This document shows, in pieces, positions 48,468-59,235 of a stretch of 64,000 bases of DNA; the stretch's first letter is position 1; every line of letters begins with the position of its first letter. The notes beneath the pieces were generated by a model. It did not search any database, was not told the DNA's origin, and saw only the letters and a list, made by a program, of their open reading frames with translations. The stretch comes from Gammaproteobacteria bacterium (lineage in GTDB: Bacteria > Pseudomonadota > Gammaproteobacteria > Ga0077536): the NCBI GenBank assembly GCA_050247235.1, contig JBFWUN010000022.1:1016-65015 (forward strand), given 5' to 3'. Position numbers and translations under genes: made by a program.

Positions 48468-48483
48468 GTCCGCGGTTGCCCGG

Positions 48484-50913
48484 ATGCCGGGCGGCGCGCT
48501 GCGCTACGGGGCGCTCGCGGTGGCCGTGGTGGTGCTCCTGGTCATTGGTCAGCGTCTCCACCAGCACTGGCGCGCACGCACGCTCGCCGAGACGGAACGG
48601 GCAGCCGACACCCAGGCCGCGACACTCGCGACGAAGGCCGCCGCGGCGCTCACGCCGTACGCCAAGGGACTGGTCGGGATCGCGCAGGACCCGCGCGTCA
48701 TCGCGGCGCTGTCCAGCCCGAGTCCCGACGCGCGGGACGCCCTGGGCACCGAGCTCCAATCCCGCTTCCCCGGCGCGCTGCGCCTGCGGCTGCTGCCGCG
48801 CGGGACGGCGCAGACCGACCCGAACTCGTCGCCGCCGCTGACCTACGCGTCGCTCGACCTGGTACTGAAGGCAGAGCAGAGCCCGCGTGCACCCGGGGCC
48901 GAACTCCATCTGGCGGGCACGCCGAACGCGCACGTGGCACTCGTCCAGCGCGCACCTCCCCAGGGGGAGGCGCTCGGCGTGCTGCACCTCGCGCTGCCGG
49001 TCGACGCGCTGCGCAATGCACTCGTCGCCGTACTCGCGACGGCACCCGCCGCACAGGCCGAGGTGCGCCAGCAGGTCCCCGGAGCGGCGCCCCTGGTGAT
49101 CGCGCAGACCGGTCCGGCCGTCAACGGCGATGCCGAGGTGCTGACCAAGCCGATCCCCGGCACCGGCTGGGTGCTCGCGCTGCGTACGTCGGTGCCGCGC
49201 ACCGCCGAAGAGGGGATCCCGGGGGGTGCCTGGCTCGGACTCGCCGTCGGGGTGCTGGGCGTCGGCTTCCTGGCCTGGCGAAGGCGCGGGGGCACGGGGG
49301 CCCCCGACGAGGCTTCGACCGTGTTCCAGGGCGCAATCCAGGCGATCCTGTCCGGCGAGCACCCCGGCCTTGCGCATCTCCTGCCCGGCGCGGCCGTGAC
49401 GGCGTCCGCGACACCACCGGCATCACGCGAAACCGTCGCCCCGGTCCCGGCGGCGCCAGTGGACGAAGCCTCGACGACAATCGTCGCGCGTGCGCCGGTG
49501 ACCGCCGCGCCGCCGACGGCGCCAGCCGAAACCGCCCCGATCGCGGCGTCGATCTTTCGCAGCTACGACATCCGCGGCATCGTCGGTGAGACGCTCACAC
49601 CCGAAGCCGTGTATCAGATCGGACGTGCGTTCGGCGCCGAGGCCGCCGACCGCGAGCAGCGCACCGTGGTCGTCGCGCGGGACGGTCGCGCATCGAGCGC
49701 GGCGCTGCGCGATGCGCTCGTGCAGGGCCTGCGTGATGCCGGCCGCGACGTGCTCGACATCGGCCTGACGCCGACGCCGGTCCTGTACTTCGCGACGCAC
49801 TATCTCGACACCCGCACCGGCGTGATGGTCACCGGCAGCCACAACCCGCCCGAGTACAACGGACTCAAGATGGTGCTCAGCGGCGAGACATTGTCCGGCG
49901 ACGCGATCCAGGCCATCCGAGCGCGTATCGAATCGCAGTCTTTCTCGAGCGGCACCGGGTCCCTGCAGGAGATCGAGATCATTCCGGACTACATCCGGCG
50001 CATCAGCGAGGACATCCCGGTGTCGCTGGGCGATGCGCTCAAGGTGGTCGTCGACTGCGGCAACGCCGTGCCCGGCATCGTGGCGCCGCACATCCTGCGG
50101 GCCATCGGACACGACGTGATCGAGCTGCACTGCGAGGTGGACAGCAGCTTCCCCAATCACCACCCGGATCCCAGCCAGCCCGAGAACCTTGCGGACCTGA
50201 TCGCCGTCGTCCGTCACGAGGAGGCCGACCTCGGCCTCGCGTTCGATGGTGACGGTGATCGTCTCGGCGTCGTGGATCGTCACGGCAACATCCTGTGGCC
50301 CGATCGGCAGCTCATGCTCTTCGCGCGCGACGTCCTGGGCCGCAATCCCGGCGCGAAGATCATCTACGACGTGAAGTGCTCGCGCCTGCTCGCGAACGTG
50401 ATCACCGAGGCTGGCGGCGAGCCCGTGCTCAGCAAGTCCGGGCATTCGCTGATCAAGCAGAAAATGCAGGAAACCGGCGCGCTGCTCGCCGGCGAACTCA
50501 GCGGGCACATCTTCTTCAAGGAGCGCTGGTACGGGTTCGACGACGCCCTCTACTCGGCTGCCCGCCTGCTCGAGATCCTGGTCAACGCGAACCGGCCGCC
50601 CGAGGAAGTCTTCGCGTCGCTTCCGCAGGGGGTGTCGACCCCCGAGCTGAGGCTCGACATGCCGGAGACGCGCCACGCTGAGTTCATGGAAGCACTGCGC
50701 GCGGCCATCGATTTCCCGGACGGCGAGATTACCGATCTCGACGGCATCCGGGTCGACTTCGCGCACGGCTGGGGCCTGGTGCGGCCGTCCAACACGACGC
50801 CGTGCCTCGTGCTTCGTTTCGAGGGAGACGACGAGTCTGCCCTGCACGACATCGAGGAGCGGTTCCGCGCGGTTCTGACGCGCGTCGACCCCGACCTGAC
50901 CCTTCCTTTCTGA
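48484..50913 (+). CDS. algC: Phosphomannomutase/phosphoglucomutase fused to an N-terminal extension of about 350 aa with two TM segments
   Basis: The C-terminal part, about 460 aa, has SIFRSYDIRGIVGETLT, the active site VMVTGSHNPPEYNGLK, AFDGDGDRLG and GELSGHIFF. The N-terminal part is in the same frame with no stop. It has TM1 YGALAVAVVVLLVIG, a domain of about 240 aa, TM2 AWLGLAVGVLGVGFLAW and a Pro/Ala linker. ATG 48484 is preferred over the track start GTG 48442. An internal GTG at 49498 could give a stand-alone enzyme. Confidence 0.85.
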   Translation: MPGGALRYGALAVAVVVLLVIGQRLHQHWRARTLAETERAADTQAATLATKAAAALTPYAKGLVGIAQDPRVIAALSSPSPDARDALGTELQSRFPGALRLRLLPRGTAQTDPNSSPPLTYASLDLVLKAEQSPRAPGAELHLAGTPNAHVALVQRAPPQGEALGVLHLALPVDALRNALVAVLATAPAAQAEVRQQVPGAAPLVIAQTGPAVNGDAEVLTKPIPGTGWVLALRTSVPRTAEEGIPGGAWLGLAVGVLGVGFLAWRRRGGTGAPDEASTVFQGAIQAILSGEHPGLAHLLPGAAVTASATPPASRETVAPVPAAPVDEASTTIVARAPVTAAPPTAPAETAPIAASIFRSYDIRGIVGETLTPEAVYQIGRAFGAEAADREQRTVVVARDGRASSAALRDALVQGLRDAGRDVLDIGLTPTPVLYFATHYLDTRTGVMVTGSHNPPEYNGLKMVLSGETLSGDAIQAIRARIESQSFSSGTGSLQEIEIIPDYIRRISEDIPVSLGDALKVVVDCGNAVPGIVAPHILRAIGHDVIELHCEVDSSFPNHHPDPSQPENLADLIAVVRHEEADLGLAFDGDGDRLGVVDRHGNILWPDRQLMLFARDVLGRNPGAKIIYDVKCSRLLANVITEAGGEPVLSKSGHSLIKQKMQETGALLAGELSGHIFFKERWYGFDDALYSAARLLEILVNANRPPEEVFASLPQGVSTPELRLDMPETRHAEFMEALRAAIDFPDGEITDLDGIRVDFAHGWGLVRPSNTTPCLVLRFEGDDESALHDIEERFRAVLTRVDPDLTLPF

Positions 50914-51819
<906 letters not shown>

Positions 51820-51829
51820 GGCGCGCGCG

Positions 51830-52414
51830 GTGAGACAGGGTCGCCGCCAGCAGATCCTCGAAGTCCTCGCGCACGAACTCGAGACCCGGCCGGGCGCAAA
51901 ACTCACCACCGCGGGGCTCGCCGCCGCCGTGGGCGTGTCCGAATCCGCGCTCTATCGGCACTTCCCGAGCAAGGCGAAGATGTTCGATGCGCTGATCGAG
52001 TTCGCCGAGGAATCCGTGTTCGGACTCGTGACGCGCATCCTGCAGGACGAGCAGGACGCCGCCGAACGCTGTGCGCGGATCGGGGCCGTGGTGCTCGGCT
52101 TCGCGGAGAAGAACCCGGGCATCGCGCGGATCCTCATCGGTGACATCCTGCTTGGCGAGCACGAGCGCCTGCGTGCCCGCGTGCTGCAGTTCTTCGAACG
52201 GCTCGAGATGCAGGTTCGCCAGGTGCTGCGCGACGCGACGCTCACTCCCGGGCCGCAACCCGACCGGGCGCGGATCACGGAGGCCGCGAACCTGCTGTGC
52301 GCGGTGCTGATCGGGCGTATCGCCCAGTTCGTCCGTGGCGGGTTCCGCCAGCCGCCGACCGCGTTCTGGAACGATCAGTGGCCGATGCTGGCGCGCGCCG
52401 TGTTCGCCGCCTGA
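51830..52414 (+). CDS. slmA: TetR-family nucleoid occlusion factor SlmA
   Basis: 194 aa with a GTG start: RRQQILEVLAHELETRPGAKLTTAGLAAAVGVSESALYRHFPSKAKMFDALIEFAEESVF. It sits between the coaBC/argB block and pyrE, the same relative position as E. coli slmA next to pyrE. Confidence 0.75.
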   Translation: MRQGRRQQILEVLAHELETRPGAKLTTAGLAAAVGVSESALYRHFPSKAKMFDALIEFAEESVFGLVTRILQDEQDAAERCARIGAVVLGFAEKNPGIARILIGDILLGEHERLRARVLQFFERLEMQVRQVLRDATLTPGPQPDRARITEAANLLCAVLIGRIAQFVRGGFRQPPTAFWNDQWPMLARAVFAA

Positions 52415-52422
52415 CGCACGCC

Positions 52423-53073
52423 TCAGCGCTGCGCGCTGCGCAGCTCGCGAAACCGCTCGATGTCCGTGTCGAACTTGGACTTGATCGCCGTCTGTTCCTG
52501 CTGCTTGGTGGTGATGAACTCGCGGTTCTCCGCGATCTGCTGGCGCACGCTGTCGATGTTCTTCGTGAGGTCCGCCGGGACTTCCTTGCCGCGGCGCTCG
52601 AAATCCGCGGCGCGGGAGATCATGTCATCCAGCGATTTCTGCAGCTTGGAGATGTGGCCCTCGGTCAGCCTGATCTGCGAATCGAGGTTCGCGATCTGAC
52701 CGTCGCGCGCGAGCACCATGTCCTCCTCGGTCGAAAAGGTGTCCAGCAGAACCTTGTCGGCCGCCGCCTGGCGCTTGGCGAGCGCGTCCGCCTCGGCCTG
52801 CCGGCGCGCCGCGATCTTGCGTTCGGCCCGTTCCCGGGCCACTTCCTCGCGGGTTTTCGCGCGGCCCTGCTTGCCGATGGTCAGGCCGGACTCGCTCTTG
52901 ACCTCGTGGCCCTGCTGCGCGTACTCGGGGGGGACGGCGTTGCCGCACTCGCGCACTCCGTCGCGATTGGTCCAGCACTTGATCCCGCCCTGCACGGGCA
53001 GCGCCAGTGCCGTCATCAGCATCAGGACCACCCGTCGACCGTTCACTGACTCCCGCCGTTCTCTCGCGCCCAT
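52423..53073 (-). CDS. DUF4124-like secreted coiled-coil protein
   Basis: Start at Met22 of the track ORF. Signal-like segment RRVVLMLMTALALPVQG, then IKCWTNRDGVRECGNAVPPEYAQQG (DUF4124-like), then a long charged helical region. Confidence 0.6.
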   Translation of the reverse strand: MGARERRESVNGRRVVLMLMTALALPVQGGIKCWTNRDGVRECGNAVPPEYAQQGHEVKSESGLTIGKQGRAKTREEVARERAERKIAARRQAEADALAKRQAAADKVLLDTFSTEEDMVLARDGQIANLDSQIRLTEGHISKLQKSLDDMISRAADFERRGKEVPADLTKNIDSVRQQIAENREFITTKQQEQTAIKSKFDTDIERFRELRSAQR

Positions 53074-53164
53074 GTTCCCGAACCCGTCTGTAGTGGTCTC
53101 CAAGCGATGCCGGGGAATGCCCGACAGTATAGCCATCGACTTGCCCCCCGGCCCGAAGTTCGCC

Positions 53165-53815
53165 TCAGGGACCGGGACTGGCGCCGAAGCGTGATCGGTA
53201 ATCGTTTATTTCGGTGATTTCTTGAGTCCGATCCTGCAACCGGAGGTATTCGACGATGTCGTCCAGGCACACGATGCTGACGACCGGGATGCCATGGCGC
53301 GCCTGGACTTCCTGGGCCGCGGACAGCGCACCCTGCCCGCGCTCCTGCCGATCCAGCGAGATGACGACCCCGCACGGGGTAGCCCCGGCGGCGGTGATGA
53401 TCGCGACCGACTCGTTGACCGAGGTGCCGGCCGAGATCACGTCGTCCACGATCACCACGCGGCCGCGCAGCGCGGCCCCCAGGGTCAGCCCACCTTCCCC
53501 GTGGTCCTTGGCCTCTTTGCGGTTGAAGCAGAACGGGACGTCGCGATCGTGGTGCTCGGCGAGCGCGATGGACACCGCGGCGCCGAGCGGAATGCCCTTG
53601 TACGCCGGCCCGTAGACCATGTCGAACGCCGGCGCTTTCTCGACCAGTGCCGCTGCGTAGTATTCGCCCAGCCGGGCGAGCGCGCGCCCGCTGTCGAACA
53701 CGCCGGTATTGAAGAAATACGGGCTCTGGCGCCCCGACTTCAGCGTGAAGCTGCCGAATCTGAGCGCGTTCTGGCGCAGCGCGAACTCGATGAAGGCATG
53801 CTGGTAGGGTTGCAT
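53165..53815 (-). CDS. pyrE: Orotate phosphoribosyltransferase
   Basis: Start at [36 protein letters not shown]. The PRPP-binding motif is [13 protein letters not shown]. Confidence 0.95.
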   Translation of the reverse strand: MQPYQHAFIEFALRQNALRFGSFTLKSGRQSPYFFNTGVFDSGRALARLGEYYAAALVEKAPAFDMVYGPAYKGIPLGAAVSIALAEHHDRDVPFCFNRKEAKDHGEGGLTLGAALRGRVVIVDDVISAGTSVNESVAIITAAGATPCGVVISLDRQERGQGALSAAQEVQARHGIPVVSIVCLDDIVEYLRLQDRTQEITEINDYRSRFGASPGP

Positions 53816-53985
53816 CAGGATCTCCAGGCCGGCATCACGGCGTCGCACGGCGCGCCGATTCTACGCCGGCCGGCACCCCGAGCGCTGCCGCTGCGGCCAT
53901 CGTGTCGCGCAGCCGCGCGCATGGATTGTGAATTTCTGTGAGACGACGCGCCGGGGGCCGGCGCGGGCGAGTCGGCACGCGCCAT

Positions 53986-54585
53986 TCAGCGCCGTCGGCA
54001 CCGGTACAGCGCGACCTCGCCCAGCAGGTTCGGAAGCCAGCGCATGCCGAGCGTCGCGCGGTGACGCGTGTCGAGGGTGCGACGATCGAGCACTGCGATG
54101 CCCTCGCTGATGCACAGCGACTCGAAATCCCGGATCGTGCACATGTGGATGTTCGGCGTGTTGTACCAGGTGTGCGGCAGGTGCTCGGTGACCGGCATGC
54201 GGCCGAGCGCGATCTGCAGCCGGCAGCGCCAGTGACCGAAGTTCGGGATCGTCACGACGCCCTCGCGGCCCACGCGGAGCATCTCGCGGAGCACGCGGTG
54301 CGGATAACGCATTGCCTGCAGCGTTTCGGTCATGATCACATGATCGAACGAAGCGTCCCCGAAATCGGAGAGCCCGCCGTCGAGATCGGACTGGATGACG
54401 TTCACGCCGGCATCCAGGCACCGGATGATGTTGTCGGGATCGATCTCGATGCCGTATCCGGTCACTCCGCGCTCACGCTGCAGATGCGACAGCAGCGCGC
54501 CGTCACCGCAGCCGAGATCGAGCACGCGACTGCCAGGGCGAATCCACTCGGCGATCGCGAGCTGATCGTCGCGCAGGCCGTTCAC
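53986..54585 (-). CDS. metW: Methionine biosynthesis protein MetW
   Basis: 199 aa. It has the SAM-methyltransferase-like motif [12 protein letters not shown], plus [13 protein letters not shown] and [12 protein letters not shown]. It overlaps metX by 4 nt. Confidence 0.85.
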   Translation of the reverse strand: MNGLRDDQLAIAEWIRPGSRVLDLGCGDGALLSHLQRERGVTGYGIEIDPDNIIRCLDAGVNVIQSDLDGGLSDFGDASFDHVIMTETLQAMRYPHRVLREMLRVGREGVVTIPNFGHWRCRLQIALGRMPVTEHLPHTWYNTPNIHMCTIRDFESLCISEGIAVLDRRTLDTRHRATLGMRWLPNLLGEVALYRCRRR

Positions 54586-55730
54586 GCCGCGTGCTCCGTC
54601 ACGATCCGTCGGAAGTAGCTGCGCAGCGCGGCGTGGTACTGCGGGATGTCCAGCAGGAACGAATCGTGGCCCAGTTCCGATTCGATCTCGACGTAGCTGA
54701 CGTCGTGGTTCGCCTCGAGCAGCGCGCGCACGATCTCGCGCGAACGCGCCGGCGAGAAGCGCCAGTCGCTCGAGAACGACGCCACGAAGAACTCCGCGCT
54801 GGTGCGGGCGAGCGCGGTTTTCAGGCTGTCGTCGAAACGCGCCGCCGGGTCGAAGTAATCGAGCGACTTCGTCATCAGCAGGTAGGTGTTCGCGTCGAAC
54901 CGCTTGACGAAGGACTCACCCTGGTAGCGCAGGTAGCTCTCGATCTGGAACTCGATGTCGAAGCCGTAGTTGAGCTTGCCGTCGCGCAGTTCACGGCCGA
55001 ACTTCGCCATCAGCACGTCGTCGGAAAGGTACGTGATGTGGCCCAGCATGCGCGCCAGCATCAGTCCGCGCGCGGGCACCACGCCGTGGTCGTAGTAGCG
55101 GCCGGCGTGGAAGTCCGCGTCCGAGCGGATCGCGTGCCGGGCCACCTCGTTGAACGCGATGTTCTGGGTCGACAGCCGGGCCGCCGCCGCGATCACCACG
55201 GCATGGCGCAGCCGCGTCGGGTAGTCCACGGCCCACTGCAGCGCCTGCATGCCACCGAGGCTCCCGCCCATCACCGCCGCCCACGCCTGGATCCCGAGGT
55301 GATCCGCGAGCCGCGCCTGGCTCTCCACCCAGTCGCGCACCGTCACCAGCGGAAAGTCCGGTCCGAACGGCTCCGCGGTGACCGGGTTGATGCTGAGCGG
55401 ACCGGTGGATCCGGCGCAGCCGCCGAGGTTGTTCACGCACACCACGAAGAACCGGCGGGTGTCCACCGGCTTGCCGGGCCCGATGCAATTGTCCCACCAG
55501 CCGGGCTTGCGCGACTCGCCCGCGTGGTAGCCTGCCGCGTGATGGTCGCCCGACAGTGCGTGGCAGATCAGCACCGCGTTGTCGCGCGCGGCGTTGAGTT
55601 CACCATAGGTCTCGAAGACGAGCTCGTAGTCGTCGAGCACGGCACCGGAATCCAGCCTGAGCGGCGTCGTGAAGCGCGCGCGCTGGGGCGTGACCAGTCC
55701 GACGGAATCGATCGGGTACGACACGGACAT
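54582..55730 (-). CDS. metX: Homoserine O-acyltransferase (MetX)
   Basis: 382 aa: [26 protein letters not shown] (nucleophile elbow) and the C-terminal ...GHDSFLL. Confidence 0.9.
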   Translation of the reverse strand: MSVSYPIDSVGLVTPQRARFTTPLRLDSGAVLDDYELVFETYGELNAARDNAVLICHALSGDHHAAGYHAGESRKPGWWDNCIGPGKPVDTRRFFVVCVNNLGGCAGSTGPLSINPVTAEPFGPDFPLVTVRDWVESQARLADHLGIQAWAAVMGGSLGGMQALQWAVDYPTRLRHAVVIAAAARLSTQNIAFNEVARHAIRSDADFHAGRYYDHGVVPARGLMLARMLGHITYLSDDVLMAKFGRELRDGKLNYGFDIEFQIESYLRYQGESFVKRFDANTYLLMTKSLDYFDPAARFDDSLKTALARTSAEFFVASFSSDWRFSPARSREIVRALLEANHDVSYVEIESELGHDSFLLDIPQYHAALRSYFRRIVTEHAA

Positions 55731-55742
55731 GCGCTCAGGCCT

Positions 55743-56318
55743 TCAGAACGGGCGCGCGAGTCCGCCGAGCGGCGCCACCACGAGCATCAGCACCAGCTGC
55801 AGCAGCACGATGGCCACCAGGGGCGAGAGATCCAGCCCGCCGAGGTTCGGCAGTATCCGCCGGATGGGCCGCAGCAGCGGTTCGGTCACTGATCCGATCA
55901 GGCCGAGCACCGGGTTGTAGCTGCCCGGCGCCACCCAGCTCGCGACCGCCTGGATGATGATCGCGAACATGTACAGGTAGACGAACTTGGACAGCAGTTC
56001 GCCGACCGTGGCGACCAGCAACGCGGGCAATCCGAGCCGCAGGCCAAGCATCGCGCCGACAATCCAGACGTTCACGATCTGCAGCACGACCATCAGCAGA
56101 ACGCTCGCGCTGTCGATCTTGCCGACAGCAGGAATGTAACGACGCAGCGGACGCAGGACCGGGTTGGTCAGCCGGACGATCGCCTGGCTGAGCGGGTTGT
56201 AGAAGTCCGCCCGGGTCAGCTGCAGCAGCAGGCGCAGCATCACGGCCCCGATGTACAGCCCGAACAGCGTGTTGACGAGGAACACCCCGGCATTCGACAC
56301 GTATCCTCCGCCCATCAT
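55743..56318 (-). CDS. yggT: YggT-family membrane protein
   Basis: 191 aa from MMGGGYVSNAGVFLVNTLFGLYIGAVMLRLLLQ. The two YggT repeats read NPLSQAIVRLTNPVLRPLRR and NPVLGLIGSVTEPLLRPIRR. An ATGA overlap joins it to proC. Confidence 0.85.
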   Translation of the reverse strand: MMGGGYVSNAGVFLVNTLFGLYIGAVMLRLLLQLTRADFYNPLSQAIVRLTNPVLRPLRRYIPAVGKIDSASVLLMVVLQIVNVWIVGAMLGLRLGLPALLVATVGELLSKFVYLYMFAIIIQAVASWVAPGSYNPVLGLIGSVTEPLLRPIRRILPNLGGLDLSPLVAIVLLQLVLMLVVAPLGGLARPF

Positions 56319-57139
56319 GCGCCCCCGAATTCCGCGCTGAGTTCCGCCGCCCGCGTCGCCGCGGCCGCGAGTGCCGCGTGAACCAGGGGCTCGAACCCGC
56401 CCGCCGCGAAGACCGCGAGCGCGCGCTCGGTCGTACCCCCGGGGGACGTGACCTGCGCGCGCAACATGCCGGGGTCCGCCGGGGAGGTCCGGGCGAGTTC
56501 GGCGGCGCCCGCCGCGGTCTCGATCGCCAGACGTCGCGCCACGTCGGCCGGCAGGCCGAGCGCAACCCCGGCGCGTTCGAGGGATTCCAGGAACAGGAAG
56601 AAATAGGCCGGTCCGCTGCCCGACAGGGCCGTCACCGCATCGAGGAGCGCCTCCTCGGCCACCCACTCGACGCACCCGACCGCCGCGAGCAGCCGCTCCG
56701 CCAGCGCCCGCATCCCGTCCGGTGTCTCTGGTGTCGCGAACAGGCCCGTCGCGCCGCGGCCGACCAGCGCGGGCGTGTTCGGCATCGCGCGGACCAGCGG
56801 CAGCGGGGCGCCGATCCAGCGCGCGAGCGACGCCGTGGTGATGCCCGCCGCGATGGACACGACGAGTGGCCTTCGGCGGGCGAACGGCTCCGCCAGTGCG
56901 CGCACCACGTCTTTCATCTGCTGCGGCTTGACCGCGAGCAGGACGACGTCGGCGCCGTCCACCGCGGCATCATTCCGCGCCGTGACTTCCACGCCGAAAT
57001 CGGCGGCGAGCGCCGCGCGCGCGGCGGCGAGCGGCTCGGCGACGACGATCGCCGCCGGGGCATGACCGCGCCGGCACAGTCCGCCGAGGATCGCGCGGCC
57101 CATGTTGCCGCCCCCGATGCAGGCGATCCGTTCGTTCAT
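56315..57139 (-). CDS. proC: Pyrroline-5-carboxylate reductase
   Basis: 274 aa: IACIGGGNMGRAI, MPNTPALVG, VTSPGGTTERAL. Confidence 0.95.
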   Translation of the reverse strand: MNERIACIGGGNMGRAILGGLCRRGHAPAAIVVAEPLAAARAALAADFGVEVTARNDAAVDGADVVLLAVKPQQMKDVVRALAEPFARRRPLVVSIAAGITTASLARWIGAPLPLVRAMPNTPALVGRGATGLFATPETPDGMRALAERLLAAVGCVEWVAEEALLDAVTALSGSGPAYFFLFLESLERAGVALGLPADVARRLAIETAAGAAELARTSPADPGMLRAQVTSPGGTTERALAVFAAGGFEPLVHAALAAAATRAAELSAEFGGA

Positions 57140-57169
57140 ACCGTCGTCCCCCCTTGAAGGTCGGCGAGT

Positions 57170-57862
57170 TTACACCAGCGCGTCGCGCGGCAGGCGCGGC
57201 CCGAAAACCGCGGTGCCGATGCGGACGATCGTCGCCCCCTCGGCGATCGCGACCTCGAAATCCGCCGACGTGCCCATCGACAACGTGTCGAGTCCGGTGC
57301 CGCAGGCCGCGAGGAGTTCCCGCAGGTGCCGGAACGCTGCGCGGTGTCGTGCCGGGTCCGCGTGCGGGGCAGGCATGCCCATCAGTCCGCGCAGCCGCAG
57401 GCGGGGCAGGTCCGCGAGTGCAGTGACGAGCTGCGGCACCTCGCCCGGGGCGACTCCGCCCTTGGTGGGTTCCGCGTCCAGGTTGACCTCGATGCAGCAC
57501 TGCAGGGGCGGCAGGTGCGCGGGCCGCTGGTCGTTCAGGCGTTCGGCGATTGCCAGCCGGTCGAGTCCGTGGCACCAGTCGAAGCGGGCGGCGACGTCAC
57601 GGGTCTTGTTGCGCTGGAGCCTGCCGATGAAATGCCAGCTCAAGTCGAGCCCCTCGAGTGCCGCAATTTTCGGCAGAGCTTCCTGGACATAGTTCTCGCC
57701 GAAGGCCCGCTGACCCTGCGCGGCGAGCGTGCGGATGGCGTCGAGCGACTGCCCCTTGCTGACCGCGAGCAACGCGACCCCGGCGGGATCGCGCCCGGCG
57801 GCCTGCGCCGCGGCAGCGATGCGGTGGCGGATCTCCACCCACGGTGAGGTGCTGGTCGGCAT
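57170..57862 (-). CDS. yggS: PLP-binding homeostasis protein of the YggS family
   Basis: 230 aa: LLAVSKGQSLDAIR, FGENYVQE, WHFIGRLQRNK, LSMGTSADFEVAIAEGATIVRIGTAVFG. Confidence 0.9.
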   Translation of the reverse strand: MPTSTSPWVEIRHRIAAAAQAAGRDPAGVALLAVSKGQSLDAIRTLAAQGQRAFGENYVQEALPKIAALEGLDLSWHFIGRLQRNKTRDVAARFDWCHGLDRLAIAERLNDQRPAHLPPLQCCIEVNLDAEPTKGGVAPGEVPQLVTALADLPRLRLRGLMGMPAPHADPARHRAAFRHLRELLAACGTGLDTLSMGTSADFEVAIAEGATIVRIGTAVFGPRLPRDALV

Positions 57863-58104
57863 GCGGTCGTCTCCAGGCTGGACGCGGTCCGGCCGGGCGC
57901 TGCGTCGCGGTGTCCGGTACGCCGCGTGATGCGGCCAGGCATGGGACGGGAAGCGCGCGGGCGCCGGTGCGGCGGTGTGCCATCAGTGGCAAATTTCCGC
58001 CCAGCTAATTAGAGTCATCGAAAAGGAATCAAGTAGGAACTGCAACGCCCTGCATTCTAAAGAATCGCGGCAGGGCTGGCGAAGGTTCCGGAAAGGGTGG
58101 CGAG

Positions 58105-59139
58105 ATGGATATTGGCGAGTTGTTGGCGTTCAGCGTGAAGAACGGGGCCTCGGACCTGCACTTGTCGGCCGGGCTCCCTCCCATGATCCGCGTCGACGGT
58201 GACGTGCGGCGCATCAACGTGCCGGCGATGCAGCACAAGGACGTTCACGATCTCGTCTACGACATCATGAACGACAAGCAGCGCAAGGACTACGAAGAGT
58301 TCCTGGAGTGCGACTTCTCGTTCGAAATCCCGGGACTCGCGCGCTTCCGCGTCAACGCGTTCAACCAGAACCGCGGATCCGGTGCGGTGTTCCGCACGAT
58401 TCCGTCGACGATCCTGAGCCTGGAGGACCTGAAGGCACCGAACATCTTCAAGGACATCTCCGATTATCCCCGCGGCGTCGTGCTGGTCACCGGGCCGACC
58501 GGCTCCGGCAAGTCGACCACGCTCGCGGCGATGATCAACCACAAGAACGAAAACGAGTACGGCCATATCCTGACGATCGAGGACCCGATCGAGTTCGTCC
58601 ACCAGAGCAAGAAGTGCCTGATCAACCAGCGCGAGGTGCATCGCGACACGCTCGGCTTCAACGAAGCGCTGCGCTCGGCACTGCGCGAGGATCCGGATAC
58701 CATCCTGGTAGGCGAAATGCGCGACCTGGAGACGATCCGGCTCGCGCTGACCGCCGCCGAAACCGGTCACCTGGTGTTCGGCACCTTGCACACGAGCTCG
58801 GCGGCGAAGACGATCGACCGCGTGGTCGACGTGTTCCCGGCGGAGGAGAAGGACATGGTGCGCGCGATGCTGTCCGAATCCCTGCGCGCGGTCATTTCCC
58901 AGACGCTGCTGAAGAAGAACGGCGGCGGTCGCGTCGCCGCGCACGAGATCATGATCGGCACCCCGGCGATCCGCAACCTCATCCGCGAGAACAAGATTGC
59001 CCAGATGTACTCCGCCATCCAGACCGGCCAGCAGTTCGGCATGCAGACGCTCGACCAGTGCCTGCAGCAGCTCGTGCAGAAAGGCATGGTGTCCAAGGTG
59101 GAGGCCCGCCTGAAAGCCCAGAACAAGGACCTGTTCTGA
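58105..59139 (+). CDS. pilT: Type IV pilus retraction ATPase PilT
   Basis: 344 aa: Walker A GPTGSGKST, ILVGEMRD, TGHLVFGTLHTSSA, and the PilT-specific GTPAIRNLIRENKIAQM. Confidence 0.95.
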   Translation: MDIGELLAFSVKNGASDLHLSAGLPPMIRVDGDVRRINVPAMQHKDVHDLVYDIMNDKQRKDYEEFLECDFSFEIPGLARFRVNAFNQNRGSGAVFRTIPSTILSLEDLKAPNIFKDISDYPRGVVLVTGPTGSGKSTTLAAMINHKNENEYGHILTIEDPIEFVHQSKKCLINQREVHRDTLGFNEALRSALREDPDTILVGEMRDLETIRLALTAAETGHLVFGTLHTSSAAKTIDRVVDVFPAEEKDMVRAMLSESLRAVISQTLLKKNGGGRVAAHEIMIGTPAIRNLIRENKIAQMYSAIQTGQQFGMQTLDQCLQQLVQKGMVSKVEARLKAQNKDLF

Positions 59140-59235
59140 GCACGTCCCCGGATTCGAGGGAGTTGGCCGCGGCGCGGGTTCACGCCGCGGGAATCGACAG
59201 CCGCGGCGTCACCGCCAACAGCGAGGAGAATCGAA

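Noticed and set aside
48442-48483. The GTG at 48442 as the algC-fusion start, as given in the ORF track
   Set aside because: It overlaps the coaBC 3' end by 26 nt. The ATG at 48484 (MPGGALRYGALAVAVVVLLVIG) begins after the coaBC stop, right before the first TM segment. Either start remains possible.
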